Source: Anaerolineae bacterium (GTDB lineage: Bacteria > Chloroflexota > Anaerolineae > UBA1429). Taken from it: a stretch of 64,000 bases of DNA. A model generated the notes under the pieces. The model did no database searches, had not been told where the DNA came from, and saw only the letters and a list, made by a program, of their open reading frames with translations. Positions 58,567-64,000 of the stretch are shown piece by piece. The first letter of the stretch is position 1. Each line of letters starts with the position of its first letter. The stretch lies in the NCBI GenBank assembly GCA_040766725.1, contig JAXGPZ010000001.1, positions 1,881,946 through 1,945,945 on the forward strand, given 5' to 3'. A program made the translations under genes and the position numbers.

Positions 58567-59178
58567 CTAATCCAGCGGCGCCCAGCGCTGCAAGGCCTCA
58601 TCATAGGCCCACAGCGCGTCCTCGGCCAGGTCGAACAGCCAGCCGTGGAGCGCCAACACGCCGCGCGCCTCGGCCGACTGCACGCAGGGGTGTTGCCGCA
58701 GCCGCTCGAGCTGCAACACCACGTTGGCGCGCTCGGCCGCCAGCGCGCGCTCTGCAGGCGGCGCATAGGCCGCTGCGCGCGTCACCGCCTCGGACGCGCC
58801 CGCCAACCAGCGCGCCACGTGCGGCTCGTGGGCGGTGTCGGCGTGCGCCAGCAGCGCGGCAATGCCCCCGCAGTGCGTGTGGCCGCACACCACCACATGC
58901 GCCACCCCCAGGTGCTGCACTGCATACTCGAGGGCGGCGCCGACGCTGTCGTCGCGCCCATCGGCCGGCGGCACGAGGTTGGCGATGTTGCGCAGCACAA
59001 ACAGCTCGCCCGGCCCCGCCCCCACGATCTGCTCGGGCGCCACCCGCGCATCGCAGCAGCCAATCCACAGCACCTGCGGATGCTGCCCCTCGGCCGCCAG
59101 CCGCCGCAGCAACGCCCCCGCGCTGGCCCCCGCCTGCCGCAGCCGCCCGTGCCGCGCCTCGAACTCGCTCCAGAGCAT
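58567..59178 (-). CDS. Beta-class carbonic anhydrase
   Basis: CCDARV (CxDxR) and HTHCGG zinc-ligand motifs. Confidence 0.75.
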   Translation of the reverse strand: MLWSEFEARHGRLRQAGASAGALLRRLAAEGQHPQVLWIGCCDARVAPEQIVGAGPGELFVLRNIANLVPPADGRDDSVGAALEYAVQHLGVAHVVVCGHTHCGGIAALLAHADTAHEPHVARWLAGASEAVTRAAAYAPPAERALAAERANVVLQLERLRQHPCVQSAEARGVLALHGWLFDLAEDALWAYDEALQRWAPLD

Positions 59179-59202
59179 CGCGCCTCCCCCTGGCGTCAGC
59201 CG

Positions 59203-60225
59203 CTACATCCACGCCCGCTTGCGCAGCCACAACGCCATGGCCACCGGCAGCATCACCATCAGCGCCAGCGCCGTCACCAACACCGTCGGGCCCGTCCACA
59301 CGCCAAAGCGGCCCGACGCCTGGAAAAAGTTCATGCCAAAGAACCCGCTGAGAAAGGTGATGGGCGCAAAGAGCACTGTGATCACCGTCAACGTCCGCAC
59401 CACCTCGTTCAGCCGGTTGTTGATCACCGAAAGGTGCGTGTCCAGCGCGCTCGACACCAGGTCGCGCAGATTCTCGGCGATATCGGTCAGCCGCACATAG
59501 TGGTCGTACACGTCGCGAAAGTAGATCAGCTTGTCGCTGTCGAGGACCTCGTCATCGCCGCGGGCCAGCTTGTTCATCACCTCGCGCTGCGGCGCCACCA
59601 CCCGTCGCAGGTGCAGCAGCGCGCGCTTGTAGCGCATGATCGTCGCCAGGATGTCGCGGCCGTCGCCGGCCAGCACGTCGTCCTCGATCTGGTCGACCAC
59701 CTCATCCAGGTCGTCGACGACCCGCATATAGTCGTCGGCCAGCTCGTCGGCCAGTCGATAGAGCAGGTGCGTGGCGCCGCGCTGCAGCAGGCGCTCGTCG
59801 CGCTGGCAGGCCGCCCACAGGCGCTCCAACGCCTCGGCGGGGTGGTGCTGGTGCGTCACCAGAAAGCCTGGCCCCACAAAGATGTCGATCTCGCGGATCT
59901 CGAGCGCCTCGTCGGCCTTGGCGTGCAGCATGGCCGCGTGCAGCCCCACGTACAGGTAGCGCTCCCAGTCGTCCACCTTGGGCACATGGTGCTCCACCAG
60001 GGCGTCGTCTACCGCCAGCGGATGAAAGCCAAACACCTTGCGCAGCAGCTCGCGGTTGGCCTCGACATCGGCGACGTCCAGGTCGACCCACAGCACCCCG
60101 CCGTTGGCCAGCGCCTGGGCCAGCTCCTCGCCCGATAGCCCCAGGCGCACCGCCCCCTGAGCATCACGGTACAACGATCGGTACACGCCGCCCTCCCCGG
60201 CCGCCGCGAGCGGCCCTGGCCCCAT
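59203..60225 (-). CDS. corA: CorA family Mg2+/Co2+ transporter
   Basis: C-terminal two TM helices with the GMNF motif (FFGMNFFQ). Start at MGPGPL; the ORF-track N-extension is rejected. Confidence 0.75.
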   Translation of the reverse strand: MGPGPLAAAGEGGVYRSLYRDAQGAVRLGLSGEELAQALANGGVLWVDLDVADVEANRELLRKVFGFHPLAVDDALVEHHVPKVDDWERYLYVGLHAAMLHAKADEALEIREIDIFVGPGFLVTHQHHPAEALERLWAACQRDERLLQRGATHLLYRLADELADDYMRVVDDLDEVVDQIEDDVLAGDGRDILATIMRYKRALLHLRRVVAPQREVMNKLARGDDEVLDSDKLIYFRDVYDHYVRLTDIAENLRDLVSSALDTHLSVINNRLNEVVRTLTVITVLFAPITFLSGFFGMNFFQASGRFGVWTGPTVLVTALALMVMLPVAMALWLRKRAWM

Positions 60226-60334
60226 ACAGGCCTCGCGCTTGACGAGGCGTCCACCAGCACGGTAACATGCCCTTTGGCGGCGGCATGATAGCACATTCGC
60301 CCCGATCCGTCGCCGCCCTGCAAGGAGGTGCACC

Positions 60335-61102
60335 ATGCTCGTGCTCGGCATCATCGGCAGCCCGCGCCACAACGGTCGTTCCAGCGAACTGGCAGACGCT
60401 GCCCTACGCGGCGCGGCCAGCCACGGCGCCGACGTGGCCAAGCTCTACCTCGTCGACTATGACGTGCGCCCCTTTGTGGCCCAGGGCGGCTCGGAAGAGG
60501 GCGCGCGCTTTTGCCCCGCCGAGCTCTCAGAGGCGGTGGCCGCTGCCGATGCGCTGGTCGTCACCGCCCCCGTCTACTGGGGCGATATCAACGGCCTAAG
60601 CAAGGATTTCATGGATAGCGTGGTGTTGCCGGTGGGCCAGGGCAACGGCCTGCCCGCCCTGGGCGCCGCCATCGCCGGCGGCAGCGGCAAGGGCCTCATC
60701 TCGGGCGTGCAGAGCATCTACCACTGGTTCTACCACAAGCAGATGCGCGCTATCGACCCCACGCCCGTCTCGCGGTTCAACCTGCCCGACGCGTTGGCCA
60801 GCATGGAGCGCTCGGGCGCGCGCCTGGCCGAGATGGCCGCCCGCCGCACCTCCTTTGCCGGCGACACCGGCGACGCTCGCTGGCCCGACGTGGTGGCCTG
60901 GTATGCCAACCTGCCCTACCTGCGCGCCGGCCCCGCCGAAGAGTTCCTGATGCTGGCGCGCCAACTGCTGCGCGCCGCCGGCCCCGGCGTCGATCACCAC
61001 GCCGTCGAGCTCTACGATGCCGCGCTGGCCGCCGGTGAACGGGGCGACCTCGCCGCCGCCGGCCGTCTCGCCACCGAGACCTATCGCCTGCTGTTCCACT
61101 AG
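60335..61102 (+). CDS. NAD(P)H-dependent FMN reductase / flavodoxin-like fold protein
   Basis: MLVLGIIGSPRHNGRSSELAD...VVTAPVYWGDINGLSKDF. AAGGAGG SD sequence. Confidence 0.6.
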   Translation: MLVLGIIGSPRHNGRSSELADAALRGAASHGADVAKLYLVDYDVRPFVAQGGSEEGARFCPAELSEAVAAADALVVTAPVYWGDINGLSKDFMDSVVLPVGQGNGLPALGAAIAGGSGKGLISGVQSIYHWFYHKQMRAIDPTPVSRFNLPDALASMERSGARLAEMAARRTSFAGDTGDARWPDVVAWYANLPYLRAGPAEEFLMLARQLLRAAGPGVDHHAVELYDAALAAGERGDLAAAGRLATETYRLLFH

Positions 61103-61285
61103 CGCCTGCCGCCTCGCACGGCGTTCGTGCGGCGTAGCGCCCGATCTGGCGCGCTGCGCGCAACCTTTGCACCTGCGGCGCTGTCTCTATGGTTGCGACC
61201 ATCGCGTGTTGCTGGCGCCTGCATGTTGGCGCCCACAAGCGGCGGTGCTACACTTGTAATCTGTCAAGTACATCAAGGAGCCTTC

Positions 61286-62152
61286 ATGCAGATCGTCACC
61301 GATCGGGGAATGGACCTCAGTCCAGAGCAACTGGCAGGGATCGAGATCCACCAGGCGCCACTGCTCATCAACCTCGATGGCCGCACCTACCGCAGTGGTG
61401 TAGACATCGAGCCCGGCGAGTTCTACCACCTGCTCGCCGATAGCCATAGCTTTCCCACCACCACGCAGCCCTCGCCCGGTGACTTTGCGGAGCTGTACCG
61501 GCGCCTGGCCGTCGACGACCCCGAGATCCTGTCGATCCACATCTCCTCGGGCCTCAGCGGCACGCTCAACGCCGCCCGCATCGGCGCCGAGATGACGCCC
61601 GAGGCCCGCGTCACCCTGGTCGACACCAAGACCCTCTCGGGCGGCGAGGGCTGGCAGGTCGAGGCCGCCGCGCGCGCCGTCAAGGCCGGCTGGCCGCTCG
61701 ACGCCATCGTGGCCCTGCTGGGCCGCATCCGCGACGCCGCCGACACCATGTTCACCCTCGACGAGCTGCGCTATCTGGTGCACGGCGGGCGCATCAGCCA
61801 CATCAAGGGCCTGCTGGCCCAGGTGCTCAGGATTCGCCCCGTCATCGGCGTCGAAAAGGTGCTCGGCAAGTATGAGCAGCTCGGGCAGGCGCGCACCTTT
61901 TCGCGCGCCACGCAACTGCTGGCCGACCTGGTGGCGGCACGTCACCGCCCCGGCTCGCGCCTGCGCGTGCAGGTGATGCACGCCTACAACCCCGAGGGCG
62001 CCGCCGACCTGCGCGCCAGGCTCGACGCCCTGTTCGACTGCGAATGGCGCCCTGTGAGCCACATCGCCCCCGTGCTGGGCGCTCACACCGGCCCCAGCAT
62101 GATCGGCGCCGTCTTTGCGCCGCAGGCGGTGTTCAACGGGTTGCCCTGGTAG
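61286..62152 (+). CDS. DegV family fatty-acid-binding protein
   Basis: MQIVTDRGMDL...TTTQPSPGDF...ILSIHISSGLSGT, DegV hallmarks. AAGGAG SD sequence. Confidence 0.75.
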   Translation: MQIVTDRGMDLSPEQLAGIEIHQAPLLINLDGRTYRSGVDIEPGEFYHLLADSHSFPTTTQPSPGDFAELYRRLAVDDPEILSIHISSGLSGTLNAARIGAEMTPEARVTLVDTKTLSGGEGWQVEAAARAVKAGWPLDAIVALLGRIRDAADTMFTLDELRYLVHGGRISHIKGLLAQVLRIRPVIGVEKVLGKYEQLGQARTFSRATQLLADLVAARHRPGSRLRVQVMHAYNPEGAADLRARLDALFDCEWRPVSHIAPVLGAHTGPSMIGAVFAPQAVFNGLPW

Positions 62153-62232
62153 GCCCTGTCGGCGGGCGGCCATTTGGCGATTGTGGCCCTCGGGCCCACA
62201 ATCGCCTCATCACCCTGCCGGAGCATGTCGCC

Positions 62233-63402
62233 GTGACCGTTGCCCTGCGCCCGTCGGCCCGCACCAGCCTGCGCGAGCTGTTCCTGCTCGACCCTGACAC
62301 CATCTACCTGAACCACGGCTCCTTTGGGGCCACGCCGCGCCCGGTGTTCGAGGCCTATCAGCGCTGGCAGCGCGAGCTCGAGCTGCAGCCCACCGCCTAC
62401 TTTCGCCGCGCGCCCGAGCGGCTGCACGCCGCGCGCCAGGCCCTGGGAGATCTGGTGGGCGCCTCCGCCAGCGACCTGCTGCTGGTGACCAACATCACCG
62501 TGGCCATCAACATCGTGGCGCGCTCGCTCGCCCTGCAGCCCGGCGATGAGGTGCTGGCCACCGATCTCGAGTATGGCGCCATGGACTATGCCTGGCAGCA
62601 CGCCTGCGCCCTGGCCGGCGCCACCTATGTGCGTCAGCCGGTGCCGCTGCCCGTGACGAGCGCCGCGCAGGTGGTCGAGGCCATCTGGGCCGGCGTGACG
62701 CCGCGCACGCGGGTGCTCTTTATCAGCCACTATACCTCGGGCACGGCGCTGCGCCTGCCCATCGAGCCGCTCATCGCCCGGGCACGCGCTCGAGGCATCC
62801 TCACCGTCGTCGACGGCGCGCACGCCCCCGGCCAGCTCGACCTGGACCTGACCGCCCTGGGCGCGGATTTCTATGGCGCCAACTGCCACAAGTGGCTGCT
62901 CACGCCCAAGGGCTGCGGCTTTTTGTACGCGCGGCCCGCGGTGCACGAGCTGCTGCAGCCCCTGGTTGTGAGCTGGGGCTACCGGCGGCGCGACGGCGGC
63001 GAGCCGCGCTTCATCGCCGAGCACCAGTATCAGGGCACGCGCGACCTGGCCTCCTTCCTGGCCCTGCCCGACGCCATCGCCTTTCAGCGCGACCACGACT
63101 GGGCGCAGGTGCGCGCCGCTTGCCACGCCCTGCTCGTCGACACGCGCCAGCGCCTGCAGCAGCTCACCGGCCTGCCGCCGCTCTGCCCGGCCAGCGCCGA
63201 CTGGTTCATGCAGATGGCGCTGCTGCCGCTGCCACCGTGCGACACGGCGCGCCTCAAAGAGGACCTGCTAGCGCGCTACCGCATCGAGATCCCCTGCATG
63301 GCCACGCCCATGCCCGGCCTGCGCCTCTCGCTGCAGGGCTATAACACGCCCGACGACGCCGCTGCGCTGCTGGCGGCCCTGCGCGAGCTGCTCGCGCTCT
63401 GA
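62233..63402 (+). CDS. Aminotransferase class V (isopenicillin-N-epimerase/cysteine-desulfurase-like PLP enzyme)
   Basis: YLNHGSFGATPRPV...DGAHAPGQLDLDL...YGANCHKWLLTPKGCGFLY (PLP lysine in NCHKW). The start is uncertain (GTG 62233 assumed). Confidence 0.6.
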   Translation: MTVALRPSARTSLRELFLLDPDTIYLNHGSFGATPRPVFEAYQRWQRELELQPTAYFRRAPERLHAARQALGDLVGASASDLLLVTNITVAINIVARSLALQPGDEVLATDLEYGAMDYAWQHACALAGATYVRQPVPLPVTSAAQVVEAIWAGVTPRTRVLFISHYTSGTALRLPIEPLIARARARGILTVVDGAHAPGQLDLDLTALGADFYGANCHKWLLTPKGCGFLYARPAVHELLQPLVVSWGYRRRDGGEPRFIAEHQYQGTRDLASFLALPDAIAFQRDHDWAQVRAACHALLVDTRQRLQQLTGLPPLCPASADWFMQMALLPLPPCDTARLKEDLLARYRIEIPCMATPMPGLRLSLQGYNTPDDAAALLAALRELLAL

Positions 63403-63466
63403 CGCACGAGCGGGGCGGCCAGACGTATCCGGTCGCCCCGCTCGGTGTAGCCTCCGTCGCCGCGCG

Positions 63467-64000
63467 CTAGGACGGCGTCTCGACCGCCTCGGGCGGCGCG
63501 GGCCGATCGACGGCCGTTGCCGGCGCGGCCCAGGCGCTCTTGCAGACGAACAACGCCACCGCCGCCGCCGCAAACGCCGCCCCGCCGATCACGCCGGCCA
63601 CCGTTGGCCCCAGCAGCGGGTTGGGCTCGCCCTGGATGAGCATTAGCGGCAGCCCCGCCATGCCGTTCAGCACCGCATGGCCGATCACCGCCGGCCACAC
63701 GCTGCCCGCCTTCCACGTCAGCCAGGCGAACACCGTGCCGCCCATCAGGCAGAACCAGACCATCGCCAGCGGCCCCAGCCAGGGCGCGCCGGGATAGTCC
63801 AGCCCATAGTTGTGCCCCATGACGATGTAGGGCGCGTGCCACACGCCCCAGACGGCGCCGCTGATGAGCACCGCCTTGCGCGGTCCCAGCGCCATCAGCC
63901 GCGGGAAAAGATAGCCGCGCCAGCCAAACTCCTCGCCAAAGGTGGCCAGCCCGTTGACGAACGGCGAGATGAGCAGCCCCACCAGCGCCCCCTGAATGGC
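63467..64000 (-). CDS. CPBP-family intramembrane metalloprotease (CAAX protease/Abi), 5'-partial at window edge
   Basis: FGEEFGWRGYLFP (EExxxR), WGVWHAPY and IGHAVLN motifs. The ORF continues beyond position 64000. Confidence 0.6.
   Translation of the reverse strand, partial: AIQGALVGLLISPFVNGLATFGEEFGWRGYLFPRLMALGPRKAVLISGAVWGVWHAPYIVMGHNYGLDYPGAPWLGPLAMVWFCLMGGTVFAWLTWKAGSVWPAVIGHAVLNGMAGLPLMLIQGEPNPLLGPTVAGVIGGAAFAAAAVALFVCKSAWAAPATAVDRPAPPEAVETPS

Noticed and set aside
56911-60138. 1075-aa + strand ORF across the GH43, carbonic anhydrase and CorA genes; also 43600-45966 (-) antisense to the TPP enzyme
   Set aside because: Both are antisense to multiple independently supported genes and show low-complexity, Arg/His/Pro-rich sequence.

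Overview
This is a densely coding, roughly 70% GC bacterial chromosomal segment. I found no rRNA, tRNA, CRISPR array, transposase or integrase. All calls rest on motif-level reading of the supplied ORF translations; no database search was run.

The left 13 kb (100-13037, minus strand) is a tightly packed, complete Tad/Flp type IVc pilus operon: flp pilin, TadE-like, CpaB, CpaE/TadZ, TadB, TadC, CpaF/TadA, a second TadE-like, TadG-like and the prepilin peptidase. It has no secretin (RcpA/CpaC) or TadD/RcpB genes, which fits a monoderm-type envelope.

Three non-canonical genes sit inside this operon. The first is a standalone DnaB-C/KaiC/RecA-superfamily ATPase whose start overlaps the cpaF stop (ATGA), an arrangement reminiscent of the archaellum FlaI-FlaH pair. 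The second is a NERD-domain polytopic membrane protein. The third is a membrane-anchored protein made of TPR repeats, a PT-linker and a TolB-like beta-propeller, placed between tadC and cpaF. This augmented Tad locus is the best candidate for an undescribed system. A degenerate second flp pilin remnant lies just upstream.

The middle 13.9-30.4 kb looks like a non-phosphorylative sugar/sugar-acid catabolic island. It contains:
- an Ldh_2 dehydrogenase;
- xylose-isomerase-like TIM barrels;
- two diverged tandem cassettes of amidohydrolase-2 plus MalG, MalF and a lipoprotein binding protein, with no ABC ATPase;
- three tandem Gfo/Idh/MocA oxidoreductases.

A strong sigma70-like promoter is followed by an intrinsic terminator inside a roughly 400-nt lower-GC leader. 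This precedes a five-gene Dpp/Opp-type peptide ABC operon (707-aa binding protein, two permeases, two ATPases).

The remainder holds mixed genes:
- an orphan 964-aa FtsX-family permease;
- tandem paralogous membrane domains, one fused to a spermidine-synthase-like module;
- an SDR, a TPP enzyme, a BNR/sialidase-like protein and an ADP-ribosylglycohydrolase;
- two tandem APH-family kinases;
- a large glycoside-hydrolase-like protein, secreted GH17 and GH43;
- tungsten-type aldehyde:ferredoxin oxidoreductase, beta-carbonic anhydrase and CorA;
- an FMN reductase, DegV, an aminotransferase class V and a partial CPBP protease.
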